From a virus (taxonomy: Duplodnaviria; Heunggongvirae; Uroviricota; Caudoviricetes): a stretch of DNA of 42,047 nt. A model generated the notes under the pieces. That model was not told the origin of the DNA. It did no database searches and worked only from the letters and a program-made list of their open reading frames with translations. Made by a program: the position numbers and the translations under genes. Below are positions 8,671 through 18,555 of this stretch, in pieces. Within the stretch, counting starts at the first letter, position 1. Every line of letters starts with the position of its first letter. Where the stretch lies: IMG/VR virus record IMGVR_UViG_2660238591_000003; one strand, given 5' to 3'.

Positions 8671-10649
8671 CAGTAGACCCTCGGTTGTAGCTGCTGAGTA
8701 AGACGGGAATTAACGCCGGATTGACGATCGGCAACCTCCCGGCCAGTGGATGCCGGGTCGCTCGCGCCGTAAATATTGATGTTCGTTTCCTGGCTGATCT
8801 GCGCGGCTGCCTGCGTAGCGGCAACGCTGGCCAATGGGGAATTCCACTGACCGTAACCTTCCTTCCTGGACATGGCCTGCAGAAGGTTGCTGAACTGCTG
8901 CGGGTCGCTCAGGTTCAGCGTGTCCTTAGCGCCCACGCCCATCATATTGGCTACGAAGTTCGAATAGGCCTCGGGGTCGTTGTTGTCGCTGGCAGGTGCG
9001 TATTTGTGGATGATGTCCCATATTGACTGGAGTTTTTCATACCCGGCGGCCGCGCTTTTTCCGGTGAAATAAAGACGGATCTGCCTGGCCATTGCCATCC
9101 AACCATCAAGCGGCGTCTGATGAGAGGTAAAACCGGTGCCGCCGACGGGGCGCAGGTTGCCAGGATTGTTGTTACGGTCGGCCAGCGTCTTGCCCGGGCC
9201 GCTCTCCTGCTGGTCTGAGCCGCCCTCTTCTTTGCCGAAAATCCACCCGTTTATTGTTTTCCCGATGCTTCGCGGGTCGAACCCCGTCTTGCCCTCTATC
9301 CAGTCAGCAGTATTGTTAGCGCTGTCAGATACTGCAGGTAGAGCATCCTGGCCTTGCCCTTGTGCCAGCAGGTTCTTGCCGATCGCATAAGCATCTTTCC
9401 AACGCCCCTCGTTGATGGCGTTTATCAGGTCGCCAATCATCTTAATCATCTTGCCAAACTCACCGAACTGCTTAGTGAGGTTGTCGATGTCGCCTTTAAG
9501 GGTCCAGTTTTTGAGGTTGATATTGAGCAGCTTTGCGATTTCAACCCCTATCGCCTTCACAGAATCCCGCAGCTCGCCAAGCGATTTCAGGGCAGCCTCT
9601 ATTTCTGGCTCCCATTTATCCCAGGGCAGCAGGCTTTGACCGCCTTCTTTCCAGGTTTTGTAGTCGTCGTAAAGCGCGAACAGCGCCGAGCCTAGCGCGA
9701 TTACGATACCTATCGGCGATTTGAGGAACTCAGCGTTAAGCAGCTGCCACGCCGAAACCAGCCCGGACACCAGCATGATTAGCTGCTGTATATCCGGCGG
9801 CAGCTTTTTAAACCACTCAATCAGGCCGCCTACCGCCTGCGAGACGCGCCACGCCATCTGGGTAATGACATCAGCAGCAAAGAGCACCCCCTTCACTATC
9901 TTCGTGACCACGCCCTCTATCTTCGGCCAGTTCTCCAGCATCTGCTTGCTGAGATTGTTCAGCGTGCCGCTCAGGCCGCCGGCCAGATTCGAGCCAACCT
10001 TATCGCGCAAGATCCCCAGTAGCGAAACGAAGTTGCGCATTGAGGTCATGAACTTGTTGGACTGCTGCGCGGCCCTGTCAGCATCGAAGCCTGTCTTCTG
10101 CATCATCGACTGGTATTCAGCCGTGAAGCCGGACATTCCTCGCCGCATTGCCATCAGCGTGTTTTCGTCAATGCCCAGCATCTGCGCGAACTGATTGGCT
10201 CGATAATAGGGCATGCTGCTGAGGCGCTGGCCGACGCCGGTGAAGATAGCCGACATGTCGCGCATCTGTCCGGAAGCGTCCCGGGTCTGCACCCCCAGGC
10301 GGTTCAGGAAGCCTTCGGCGCCGGGATTGCTGCGCATGAAGCGCGCCAGGCTCTCCAGTGAGTTCTGGGCAGCCTCGGCGCTGGAGCCGGTTTGTGAGGC
10401 AGCATAGCCAAGCGCCTTGATGCCGTTGACCGATGCCCCGGTGCGTTCCGCGGCCCAGTAGAGTTTATCAAGGCCGCTGGCGATCGAGGCGGTGAAGCCC
10501 ACAATGGCCAGCCCCGTCGACTCAACTATGGCCCCCAGTTTTACGACGTTCGCGGCCACACCTTTGAGCGTGGCTTCAAACTTCGCCTGGCCCGCGCCGT
10601 CGATATCGAACCCCAGAGAGACCAGGTAATCACGGATAGTATCAGCCAT
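8670..10649 (-). CDS. tail tape measure protein
   Basis: 659 aa. Ala/Gly/Gln-rich alpha-helical composition. Lies directly after the chaperone frameshift pair and before the baseplate genes. Confidence 0.75.
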   Translation of the reverse strand: MADTIRDYLVSLGFDIDGAGQAKFEATLKGVAANVVKLGAIVESTGLAIVGFTASIASGLDKLYWAAERTGASVNGIKALGYAASQTGSSAEAAQNSLESLARFMRSNPGAEGFLNRLGVQTRDASGQMRDMSAIFTGVGQRLSSMPYYRANQFAQMLGIDENTLMAMRRGMSGFTAEYQSMMQKTGFDADRAAQQSNKFMTSMRNFVSLLGILRDKVGSNLAGGLSGTLNNLSKQMLENWPKIEGVVTKIVKGVLFAADVITQMAWRVSQAVGGLIEWFKKLPPDIQQLIMLVSGLVSAWQLLNAEFLKSPIGIVIALGSALFALYDDYKTWKEGGQSLLPWDKWEPEIEAALKSLGELRDSVKAIGVEIAKLLNINLKNWTLKGDIDNLTKQFGEFGKMIKMIGDLINAINEGRWKDAYAIGKNLLAQGQGQDALPAVSDSANNTADWIEGKTGFDPRSIGKTINGWIFGKEEGGSDQQESGPGKTLADRNNNPGNLRPVGGTGFTSHQTPLDGWMAMARQIRLYFTGKSAAAGYEKLQSIWDIIHKYAPASDNNDPEAYSNFVANMMGVGAKDTLNLSDPQQFSNLLQAMSRKEGYGQWNSPLASVAATQAAAQISQETNINIYGASDPASTGREVADRQSGVNSRLTQQLQPRVY

Positions 10650-10884
10650 TGTTCTGGGCTCTCCATTTGGCTACGCGCGCGTCGTTATCGTCACGCATAT
10701 CGAGGTAATCGTTAAGCAGCGCGATGCGGCACAGGTCCACTGCACCGCTGTCGAGGTCTTTCTGATCGAGGTTGAAGGCGAGCGCCGGGCGAAGGATGTA
10801 ATCCTCACCGCCCGGCAGGGTGTTAAAGGTTATTCCGCAGGCTGGGTGTTCGTCTCGCTGGTAGGAAGTCCTTGCAAAAAATTT
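10642..10884 (-). CDS. -1 frameshift extension of the tail assembly chaperone (lambda G-T analogue)
   Basis: Slippery heptamer A AAT TTT (sense strand; + coordinates 10878-10884) in the 0 frame near the chaperone 3' end. The -1 frame is open from there (FARTSYQRDEHPACGITFNTLPGGEDYILRPALAFNLDQKDLDSGAVDLCRIALLNDYLDMRDDNDARVAKWRAQNNG) to a TGA overlapping the tape-measure ATG. Confidence 0.6.
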   Translation of the reverse strand, partial: KFFARTSYQRDEHPACGITFNTLPGGEDYILRPALAFNLDQKDLDSGAVDLCRIALLNDYLDMRDDNDARVAKWRAQNNG

Positions 10885-11255
10885 CCCAGCGAATCGGCGA
10901 CCACCCGCGCCACAAGCTGCAGCATCACGAACAGGTCGATATCGTCAAAGGCCATGGTGCCCTGCTGGCACACCGGCACCCAGGCGCTCAAGTGTTTGCG
11001 CGCCACCACCTGCAGGCAGGGAAAAAGGATCGCATTCACATCATCATCACTGAGGCCGGAAACGGCGCCAGCGATCTTCGGAAGAATACTTTCCATCGCG
11101 CCTTCGGTGTCTTTGGCATTCAGCTTCGTCTGGATGTTACGGAAGTCAGAAACCAGACCCGCCAGAACCGGCAGCAGCTTGCGGGATACCTTCAGCTGTT
11201 CGAAAACGCTTAACTTAGCGATACGGTACTGCTGATACTTGATAGTAATTTCCAT
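10830..11255 (-). CDS. tail assembly chaperone
   Basis: 141 aa, acidic. Sits between the tube and tape-measure genes and carries the frameshift site. Confidence 0.65.
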   Translation of the reverse strand: MEITIKYQQYRIAKLSVFEQLKVSRKLLPVLAGLVSDFRNIQTKLNAKDTEGAMESILPKIAGAVSGLSDDDVNAILFPCLQVVARKHLSAWVPVCQQGTMAFDDIDLFVMLQLVARVVADSLGNFLQGLPTSETNTQPAE

Positions 11256-11258
11256 GAA

Positions 11259-11699
11259 TTAATACTCCCCCAGGAACGGGTCAATTTTGATGCAGTCGAA
11301 CACCCAGGCCACCGTCCCGCCCTCTTTGGCGTTCTGCCAGTCGGGGTGCTTCTGGAAGGCGCCGCCGCGCGCGGTCATGATGTCGCCAGATGCAGTGTTG
11401 CGGAACACAAAGACGTTATTACCCCACAGCGCTGAGGACTGGCTTTGCGCGTTGTAGGCCAGAGACAGCTTTTTGTTCACCGGCGAGGTTTTCAGAAGGT
11501 TAACGGTTACCGTTCCAGCCTTGCCGGCGTGCAGGGAGTGCATGCCCTCGCCGTCAGCGCCGATCGTCATGGTGTTTTTGTTTTCGACCATGGCGATGGT
11601 AATGCCCTCTTCGGAGTTGGCAGAACCGGCGCCGAGGTCAATCACCCCGGTGGGGCCAGTCATTGACCCCGTGATATCCAGAAAAGAATAAGTGCTCAT
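11259..11699 (-). CDS. tail tube protein
   Basis: 146 aa immediately downstream of the sheath gene. Confidence 0.7.
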   Translation of the reverse strand: MSTYSFLDITGSMTGPTGVIDLGAGSANSEEGITIAMVENKNTMTIGADGEGMHSLHAGKAGTVTVNLLKTSPVNKKLSLAYNAQSQSSALWGNNVFVFRNTASGDIMTARGGAFQKHPDWQNAKEGGTVAWVFDCIKIDPFLGEY

Positions 11700-11710
11700 T
11701 CAGTGCCCCC

Positions 11711-13201
11711 TTAGCGCACCACGTCGATTAATACATCAGCGAAGTGGATAGCCCCCGCCAGTTTGGTTGCTACCTGAATCACCGGCGCCTTACGCGCTTC
11801 ACGATCTGCCTGCGCCTGGGCGTTGAGCGGGTTCGCGTAAACGTAATAGCCTTTGGTCAGCATATCGCCTGATGTCAGCTGTCCGACGTCACCGCCGTTC
11901 CAGATTCCCGGTGCCACCAGACCGTTGTTTACAGACTGGTCCATCGACTGTTCGACATTGGTCACCAGGCGCGTCACGCCCGCTTCGGTCTGCGGGATTT
12001 TGGTGGTTGAGGTGTAAAGCAGGTTCCAGAGGTTGTTCTGGACGTAATTCTGCAGCCAGTCGAGGCCGTGGCGCTCGTCGAAGAAATCGCCGTTGGACAT
12101 CACGCCTTCCTGGATGATGGCGGTATCGTTGGCGTAGCGCACAAATACGTTGCAGTTTTTTGCCTTGAGCGTATCGGCCTGCTGCGCGGTGATCGTCTCG
12201 GCAGTAATGCCCGGTTCCTGCTTGAATTTCAGGGTAATGGTGGTGTTGTTACCCAGGAAATTTACTGTGAACGCGCGACCAAAGGCAGAGGCTGCGGCAT
12301 AAGGCACCTGGCTGTACTGGCAGAACGTGCGGCCATAACCGGCGGCTTTCAGCCTGTAGGCAATATCCGTGGTGCTGGTTGAGTCCAGGACCTCGGCCGC
12401 CGCAGTCGTCACACCGTACACCCGGGAATCGCTCGCAGAGCCGATCAGGGCAGAAACATCGATATGGTCCTGGTCCGTCATTGCAGTATCGGCGATAACC
12501 AGGCCGTACCAGTCGGCTGAGTAGTTCAGCGCTGTGTTCACCGACGGCAGCACTGAAGATGAAGCATCCTGGCCGTTTGACACGGTTGGGTTATGCGCTG
12601 AGTCAATGCCCAGCAGCGGCGCCAGGTCAGTGCCAGTGCCGGCAGCAACAGGAATACCAATTGCTGAGGTGGCCCCGGTAGTGGAAGACGTCACCACAAA
12701 CTGATTCGAGCCGGCCACGTAGGAAACGGCGGTGCCGGTAAGTTTCGCAGTGATGGCCGTCGCTACTCCGGCCAGATCGGTCACCGCTGACAGGTCGATA
12801 CCCGTTACGGTTTTAACAGTGCCGTCCACCGAGATCTTAATCGCGCCATCGTCAACCGCGGTGAAGTTTGCGATTGCCTGCTCTGCAGAGGTCAGTACAG
12901 CACCAGTGAGCTTGCCGGCCGTTGCCGGGCTGGAGGCGCGTTCCAGTTTTCCGATATAAAGATCGCGGGGCTGCGGCGACTGCTGGAAGTAAAGGTTTGC
13001 CGCCTTGTACTCTTCAGCGGTAGTGCCAAAGTCGGTGGCGACACTTTCGATATCCTGGTAAAGGCGCATCACTTCCGGGGCAGTGATTACGTCGGCGGTG
13101 CCGAGAACCAGCAGCGCGCCGAAGTTACGCCCGGCCGCCGCGCGAACGGCGAGCGCGACCTGCACGCGAACGACGCGTGATACAGATAAGCCGTTAGGCA
13201 T
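11711..13201 (-). CDS. tail sheath protein
   Basis: 496 aa; size and position (first large gene of the tail module, before the tube). Confidence 0.8.
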   Translation of the reverse strand: MPNGLSVSRVVRVQVALAVRAAAGRNFGALLVLGTADVITAPEVMRLYQDIESVATDFGTTAEEYKAANLYFQQSPQPRDLYIGKLERASSPATAGKLTGAVLTSAEQAIANFTAVDDGAIKISVDGTVKTVTGIDLSAVTDLAGVATAITAKLTGTAVSYVAGSNQFVVTSSTTGATSAIGIPVAAGTGTDLAPLLGIDSAHNPTVSNGQDASSSVLPSVNTALNYSADWYGLVIADTAMTDQDHIDVSALIGSASDSRVYGVTTAAAEVLDSTSTTDIAYRLKAAGYGRTFCQYSQVPYAAASAFGRAFTVNFLGNNTTITLKFKQEPGITAETITAQQADTLKAKNCNVFVRYANDTAIIQEGVMSNGDFFDERHGLDWLQNYVQNNLWNLLYTSTTKIPQTEAGVTRLVTNVEQSMDQSVNNGLVAPGIWNGGDVGQLTSGDMLTKGYYVYANPLNAQAQADREARKAPVIQVATKLAGAIHFADVLIDVVR

Positions 13202-13204
13202 GAT

Positions 13205-13807
13205 TTAATCTCCGAAAAATTGTACTGGAGCAGAGAGGATGGATTTGATGCCGTACTCGCGTACCGTTTTGCGGCGTAGCGTCACAGACAGGTCGTAGCG
13301 ACGCTGCCACTGGTTGTTAACGAGCTCGGGCGCCGGGATGATTCGGCCCACCTCGCCGAGCGTGAGGCCGACGCGATTTAGCTCAGCGTTGTTCTGGGAC
13401 ACGAACAGACCGTTACGAAACGTTTTGGCGTAAGCCTGGCCTGCAGGGCCGTAGAAACAGCAGAGCACCACCAGCGATTCGAATTGCCACTGGTAGTCGG
13501 TGTCGTCGTCCCTGGTGACCGATGCCGGGTTGGCTGTGTCCTGGAAGTCTGTGATACCAAACCCGCACCAGTTGGTGCCCAGCACCGGGATCGCTGGCTG
13601 AGGGTCAGTAAAGCGTGGTATGGCCATGCCATCCGGCAGGCCAGAAACACCGCGAATCCACCGGCTGAGCTCGCGCTCAAGCGCCTGGTCGTACTGCGGC
13701 GGCTGGCTGGTAGGCGTCAGGTATCCGGGATGTGTGGTGTCATTCAACTGGCGTACCTCCGTTAAACTCCACCAGCTCACAGTGGGCCTGAACGAACCCG
13801 GCACCAT
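13205..13807 (-). CDS. hypothetical virion protein (start uncertain)
   Basis: Track ORF 13205..13828; its 5' end overlaps the upstream gene. Confidence 0.4.
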   Translation of the reverse strand: MVPGSFRPTVSWWSLTEVRQLNDTTHPGYLTPTSQPPQYDQALERELSRWIRGVSGLPDGMAIPRFTDPQPAIPVLGTNWCGFGITDFQDTANPASVTRDDDTDYQWQFESLVVLCCFYGPAGQAYAKTFRNGLFVSQNNAELNRVGLTLGEVGRIIPAPELVNNQWQRRYDLSVTLRRKTVREYGIKSILSAPVQFFGD

Positions 13808-14126
13808 ATGAGGTGTACGGATCCACAAACGTTACGCGGTAATGCCGCCCGTTGTAGAGCACCACGTCAGCATCCTGACCGGGCAGGCCCTGCGTTAAGC
13901 GGAAGGTGGTAACCACCAGGATTGCGCCGCCAATAACCTGCCCTGCCGCCATGCGCCGGGCTTCCAGCGAGCGGTCGACGGTGACCACGCCGTTAAACGG
14001 AATATCCTCCGGCGTATTGGTCACGAAGCCGTCAGCATCCTTCGCCTGGTGGTTGCGGATGCAGACCAGCGTGTAATCGCAAAAATCAGGATCCGACAAC
14101 ACATCGGTGACATCGAGAAAAGGCAT
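13740..14126 (-). CDS. head-tail joining / neck protein
   Basis: 128 aa; position between head and tail modules. Confidence 0.5.
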   Translation of the reverse strand: MPFLDVTDVLSDPDFCDYTLVCIRNHQAKDADGFVTNTPEDIPFNGVVTVDRSLEARRMAAGQVIGGAILVVTTFRLTQGLPGQDADVVLYNGRHYRVTFVDPYTSYGAGFVQAHCELVEFNGGTPVE

Positions 14127-14632
14127 TATTTTTTACCTCTCACAACGAAGGTGATCGAGCGAAGCAGATAGCCATGGTCATACAGCGGCTTAATGCCTGC
14201 GTACCCGCGCTCTCTGCGTTTCTGGATAGTGAAATCGGATATTGGTGCCAGCCGATCACCATCCGTAATAACGCGCTTCGCGGCATCCGATGCCAGCTGA
14301 CCTGCGCTGGTAAGCTCGCGCTCAGCACCAGAGAAATTGCCATCGAGCGCATGACCTGCGGCCGCCTTGAGGTGCTCAGCAGTTACCTTTGCCGAATCCT
14401 CAATACCGATGTCCAGGAACGGGCGCGGCGGCAAGGTCACCTCCTGCCCACCGAGCCGGACCGTCGCCCCGGTGGATTGCAGATAGGCGATCTCAGCGTT
14501 GTTGAGATCTTCCCCATCCTCACGCACAGCGTTGGATTCAGGGATGCCCACCAGCACATCCATGCGGGACACTCTGTCCAGCCCGGCCAGCACGGATGCG
14601 GCATTGTCTGCCCTGACCTTCACGCCGCTCAT
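14126..14632 (-). CDS. virion morphogenesis protein (HK97 gp10-like)
   Basis: Start at MSGVKV (ATGA overlap with the upstream gene). C-terminal GIKPLYDHGYLLRSITFVV. Confidence 0.5.
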   Translation of the reverse strand: MSGVKVRADNAASVLAGLDRVSRMDVLVGIPESNAVREDGEDLNNAEIAYLQSTGATVRLGGQEVTLPPRPFLDIGIEDSAKVTAEHLKAAAGHALDGNFSGAERELTSAGQLASDAAKRVITDGDRLAPISDFTIQKRRERGYAGIKPLYDHGYLLRSITFVVRGKK

Positions 14633-15036
14633 AACAGTTGCCGCCCGCCAGCACCGAACATCAACCACCACCAGAAGAACTCCTGGCCGTATCCGGTTTT
14701 ATTCCAGAATCCGGCGTCAGGGTTGATGGTGCCCGAGTTGTCATAGCTGACGCTGACCTTATCGACAGACTTCGACGACGCTACGCCGCTGCCACCGCTA
14801 CTGACAAAGCCGCCAGAGGCGCCCGCCAGCGCGCGACCACGCAGCTCAACGTAATGCGCAGTGAACAGCTCCGCCAGGTAAACGAACTGGTCGCCGTGCA
14901 CATCCTGATTGAGGATGGCGTCAGCCTGGCAGAGGTAAAAATTTACCGCGGCGTCTGGATAGCGGGTGGTGTTGGCAAACTCAGGAAAGTCGGTGCGGAA
15001 TTGATCACTTGTTGGCAGAAGGCTGTTTTTTGGCAT
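14629..15036 (-). CDS. head-tail connector-associated protein (DUF4054-like)
   Basis: Start at MPKNSLLPTSDQ. Confidence 0.45.
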   Translation of the reverse strand: MPKNSLLPTSDQFRTDFPEFANTTRYPDAAVNFYLCQADAILNQDVHGDQFVYLAELFTAHYVELRGRALAGASGGFVSSGGSGVASSKSVDKVSVSYDNSGTINPDAGFWNKTGYGQEFFWWWLMFGAGGRQLL

Positions 15037-15370
15037 TGCCAGCCTCCTGTGATGCAAGCTTCTCAGTCAGATCATCCAGCTGCTGCTGCAGGCCGGCGAT
15101 GGTGTCTGACTGCTCTGCGATAGTGACATCCTTATCCGTCACCTGCTGCTGCAGGCCGGCGATGGTGGATTCCAGCGCCGAGATCTTAAGCGAGAGGTCT
15201 TCGCCTCCCTGGCTCTGCTTCAGATCTTCTTCACTGATGGCCTGCGCATGCGCACCAAAAGCCCAGTGCTCGGTAACGCGCTTATCGAAGCTGTGCACGC
15301 CAGGGGTAAGTTCTACCTGCGAACCATCGGCAAAGCGCAGCACGGTCCCGGTATTAACGAGATATTTCAT
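15005..15370 (-). CDS. hypothetical head protein with coiled-coil repeat
   Basis: 121 aa. Contains a duplicated TIAGLQQQ motif encoded by a 25-bp direct repeat (15073-15097 and 15140-15164). Confidence 0.55.
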   Translation of the reverse strand: MKYLVNTGTVLRFADGSQVELTPGVHSFDKRVTEHWAFGAHAQAISEEDLKQSQGGEDLSLKISALESTIAGLQQQVTDKDVTIAEQSDTIAGLQQQLDDLTEKLASQEAGNAKKQPSANK

Positions 15371-15407
15371 GTTCTCTCCAGAACGGCGGGTTGCCCCGCC
15401 CTAGGGG

Positions 15408-16352
15408 TTAAGCTGCAGGCACGTCCATGTAGGCAATGGTGTTGCCGTACGGGGTTTCCACCTGGCCCAGGCGGCCGTAGTAGGTTGTCAGCTGATACAG
15501 GCCGCGGTATTCCAGCGGGGTATTCAGCAGCGGCACCAGCGGGAAGCGAATGAATTTCTCATCCTGGGTGTACGCTACAACGCGGTGTGCACCAGCCGCG
15601 CCGCGTTTGGATGCCCATTTCATGGACACGATTTCCAGCGGTTCGCCGTTTTCCTGGAACGCGATACAGTTAACTTTCACGTACTCCAGCACGGAGATAT
15701 TGCCCGCATCAGAAACCTTCTTGCTTGCCAGCAGGCCGAATAACTCCGGCGCCAGGCCGACTTTTTTCGGGCAAATTGCGTAACCTGAAGTCACCCATGC
15801 CTGGGAGAGGATGAGGTTAAAGTCCTGTACGATTTCGTCAGGGCTGGCGGTGGCCCACGCTTTGGCTGCGCTGATCGGCGTTACCTGGGAAAGGTTCAAC
15901 AGGCCGGTGATACCCATGTCGCTGTCGCCGATATAAACCTGCTCATCGATGTCCATGTTCCATTTCAGCTGCATGGCATCATACTTTTGGCTGTCGATTG
16001 GGCGTCCAACCTGCTGCGCTGAAGCCAGTTCCGGCAAGGTCCAGCCCAGCTCCATACCCCACAGGCTAAGCGGCTGTGCGGTCTTCTCGATATAGAGATT
16101 GGTCTGCGGAAGCGCGGTGGAGTTTTTGCCTATCCAGTTTTTACCGTTCGGGTTTACACCACCAGCGGCTGCCAGATCGGTGTTGGTGAAAGATGACTGC
16201 TCGTCGGCGATAGAAACATCGCTACGCAGAGGCATATCGCGCGACCACTTATAGCTAACCAGCGGCAGGTTGAGCGTCTGGTCGAGGCGTTCAAGTTCGC
16301 CGACCAGGAATACGCCAGCAGCGTCTACGGTGGCCTTATCAATGGTAATCAT
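15408..16352 (-). CDS. major capsid protein
   Basis: 314 aa, in the position after the decoration protein. Confidence 0.75.
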   Translation of the reverse strand: MITIDKATVDAAGVFLVGELERLDQTLNLPLVSYKWSRDMPLRSDVSIADEQSSFTNTDLAAAGGVNPNGKNWIGKNSTALPQTNLYIEKTAQPLSLWGMELGWTLPELASAQQVGRPIDSQKYDAMQLKWNMDIDEQVYIGDSDMGITGLLNLSQVTPISAAKAWATASPDEIVQDFNLILSQAWVTSGYAICPKKVGLAPELFGLLASKKVSDAGNISVLEYVKVNCIAFQENGEPLEIVSMKWASKRGAAGAHRVVAYTQDEKFIRFPLVPLLNTPLEYRGLYQLTTYYGRLGQVETPYGNTIAYMDVPAA

Positions 16353-16363
16353 TCATCGTTCCT

Positions 16364-16882
16364 TTAGATGTTGTAGGCGATTTCAACGTTGCCGTGGGTG
16401 GTGGTGGCGCTGCTGTCCCCCGGCCCCATCACTTTGGCGATGGTCAGCTCCGGGGTGTTTTCTGCGGTAGCGTCTGGCTTGAGCACCACTGAACCAAGAG
16501 GACTGGAGGCAGTAGGCTCAGCAACGCGGATATAAACCTTGTCGCCCTTCTTGGCGGTACCGGCCTGTGCTGCTGGCACCGCTACGGCGATATAACCGCG
16601 CTTGAGGGCATCGCCGGTATAACCGCTCGTGATGCCCAGCGCGCGAGCGTCGGTCGGGTTGGTGGTCGGGTATGGGCGAATGAAGATACCGTCAACATCG
16701 TCGATATCATCACCAGCTTCCAGCGGCACAAATTTACCGTTGAGGTTTTTGCCAGCCAGACCATACGAAGGGAATGGCTTAGCGGCATCGAGAATCACCG
16801 GCTCTGCGGTGAGGTCCTGCGGGCGAGTTACGGCACCAGGGAAGCCCAGCCCCATGCGAGTTAGATAAGCTTTACCAGCCAT
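16364..16882 (-). CDS. head decoration/structural protein
   Basis: 172 aa between the scaffold/protease gene and the capsid gene. Confidence 0.55.
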   Translation of the reverse strand: MAGKAYLTRMGLGFPGAVTRPQDLTAEPVILDAAKPFPSYGLAGKNLNGKFVPLEAGDDIDDVDGIFIRPYPTTNPTDARALGITSGYTGDALKRGYIAVAVPAAQAGTAKKGDKVYIRVAEPTASSPLGSVVLKPDATAENTPELTIAKVMGPGDSSATTTHGNVEIAYNI

Positions 16883-16893
16883 TGTTGGTTACC

Positions 16894-18147
16894 TTATTTG
16901 TTACGTTTCCAGAATTCGGCGTTGATTTTGTTCAACTCAGCCGGGGACATTGGGCCGCGGGCGCGGTCGCCAGTTGGTTTGCCTGAAGGCGGGGTGATGC
17001 GGTTCTTTGCCTTACTGATCTCGACTGCAGCCTTAAACACCGCATCGACAGTGGCCTTCGGCGCTTTGGCGAAGTCGGAAATGCCAAACGCCTTCAGGCT
17101 GTCGCCTGTGCGCAGCGCCTGGTTGAGTACCTGACGCTTCAGGCCTTTGTCGCCGGCAGGCTGGAAGCCCGGGCAGATGATCTCTGCGTCGCCGATGATG
17201 TTGCGCTTATAGGCCGCATCGCCGGTTACCTTCGCATCCTCTTTCGCGTCTTCGTCACCGGTTTTGGTTTCGTCGTCCAGATCAGCATCGCCAGTTTTGC
17301 CTTCCAGCTTATCGAGTCGAGCAATCAGAGCCTGCGCCCAGGCGGGCGCCTCTTCATCACCGGTTTTCTTTTCCGGATCGGTATCTTCATCGACCGTGGT
17401 CTTCTGGTCTGCTGGCAGCGCGGTAGCCTGTGAAGGCACGTTCATGTTGATGGTTACGCCGGGGATGGAACCCATGCCGTCAGATGGCATGTCCGGCGCT
17501 TCATCGATGAGCTTCGTCAGCGCGTCCTCATCTTTCGTCTTAATGGCCTGAGCCAGTTTTTTCAGCCATGACATTGCAGGCTTCTCCTTTGGTTTTGATG
17601 GGGCCGAATCCCCGATTGCACAGCGGGAGCCCGCCCGGCCCTTATCAACGATGGCCAGATGGTTTCCTGTGATTTCTGTTTGCTTGCCCTTGCCCGGGCC
17701 GATTTGCACGTACTGGGCGTCGTAGCCACAGCTGACCTGGTTTTTACCAGCGTTGACCGCATCGATGCCTTCCTGCCGCTTCACCAGCACATCAGCGATC
17801 AACAGGTCGGTTTTATCGCCGGTGCCGCGGCGGACGTTCTGGATATGGCCATGGGCCAGCTCCGCGAAGTTCGCCGGGTTAACGAAAACGATGTTGCCTT
17901 CGCCGTCTTCCGGGTGATCCAGCGTTACCGCCATGCCCTCGAAGCTCGCCATAGTCTCTGGAGAGAAAACCTCGTCCTCGGTGCGATAGATGACCACCAG
18001 CCCATCTGCGCCAGGCTCAAGGCCGATTTCTTCGGGAAGATAGGTTTGCGTGCCGGTGCGGGCGATCGGGACGTCTTTGCACAGCAGGGAGCCGTCCGCC
18101 AGCTGGTAGCGCGTTTCGCCAAGGCGGGTAATGAAGAAGTATTTCAT
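16894..18147 (-). CDS. head scaffold/protease-like protein (DUF2213-like)
   Basis: 417 aa with an acidic, low-complexity C-terminal half (TGDEDAKEDAK repeats). Confidence 0.6.
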   Translation of the reverse strand: MKYFFITRLGETRYQLADGSLLCKDVPIARTGTQTYLPEEIGLEPGADGLVVIYRTEDEVFSPETMASFEGMAVTLDHPEDGEGNIVFVNPANFAELAHGHIQNVRRGTGDKTDLLIADVLVKRQEGIDAVNAGKNQVSCGYDAQYVQIGPGKGKQTEITGNHLAIVDKGRAGSRCAIGDSAPSKPKEKPAMSWLKKLAQAIKTKDEDALTKLIDEAPDMPSDGMGSIPGVTINMNVPSQATALPADQKTTVDEDTDPEKKTGDEEAPAWAQALIARLDKLEGKTGDADLDDETKTGDEDAKEDAKVTGDAAYKRNIIGDAEIICPGFQPAGDKGLKRQVLNQALRTGDSLKAFGISDFAKAPKATVDAVFKAAVEISKAKNRITPPSGKPTGDRARGPMSPAELNKINAEFWKRNK

Positions 18148-18165
18148 GGGTTACCTGCTGAATTG

Positions 18166-18196
18166 CGGGCAGTAAAAAGGCCGCGCAGTAGCGGCC
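18166..18196 (-). terminator. intrinsic terminator (- strand)
   Basis: Stem GGCCGC/GCGGCC (18179-18196) followed on the - strand by TTTTTACTG. Confidence 0.55.
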
Positions 18197-18314
18197 ACTG
18201 GGGTTTATCTAATGCTTTAGCACGAGCTCTTCACCACTAATTTTCGGCCTTGACACTCTAAATTCGATAGTGAAAACATGAACATTGATTCCCACCACCA
18301 AAAGGAGTTTTGAA

Positions 18315-18512
18315 ATGAGCACTAAAGCAGAATTGTTAGCGAAGATGGATCGCATGGCAGATGAGTGGTCACGCACCACTGGCCTCAACAATGACTATGT
18401 TGAGGGCGAGCGTTACACCAAAATCAAAGACCAACTTGCAGCGCTCGGGGTGAACGCTCGCATTGATGCCGTAGAGGGTAATTCAGCTCAATTCAGGGTT
18501 TATGTAGATTGA
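18315..18512 (+). CDS. hypothetical small protein, moron in the head module (opposite strand)
   Basis: ATG at 18315 with AAGGAG 8 nt upstream; 65 aa (MSTKAELLAKMDRMADEW). Strong terminator immediately downstream. Confidence 0.55.
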   Translation: MSTKAELLAKMDRMADEWSRTTGLNNDYVEGERYTKIKDQLAALGVNARIDAVEGNSAQFRVYVD

Positions 18513-18527
18513 GAAAGCCTCCCTCCC

Positions 18528-18555
18528 AGCCATCCTTGTGATGGCTTTTTTATTT
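18528..18555 (+). terminator. intrinsic terminator (+ strand)
   Basis: Stem AGCCATC/GATGGCT, loop CTTGT, then TTTTTTATTT. Confidence 0.7.

Noticed and set aside
9721-10194. 157-aa + strand ORF, with several others between 8700 and 10500
   Set aside because: Antisense to the tape measure gene; Pro/Ser/Arg-rich composition typical of spurious GC-rich frames.
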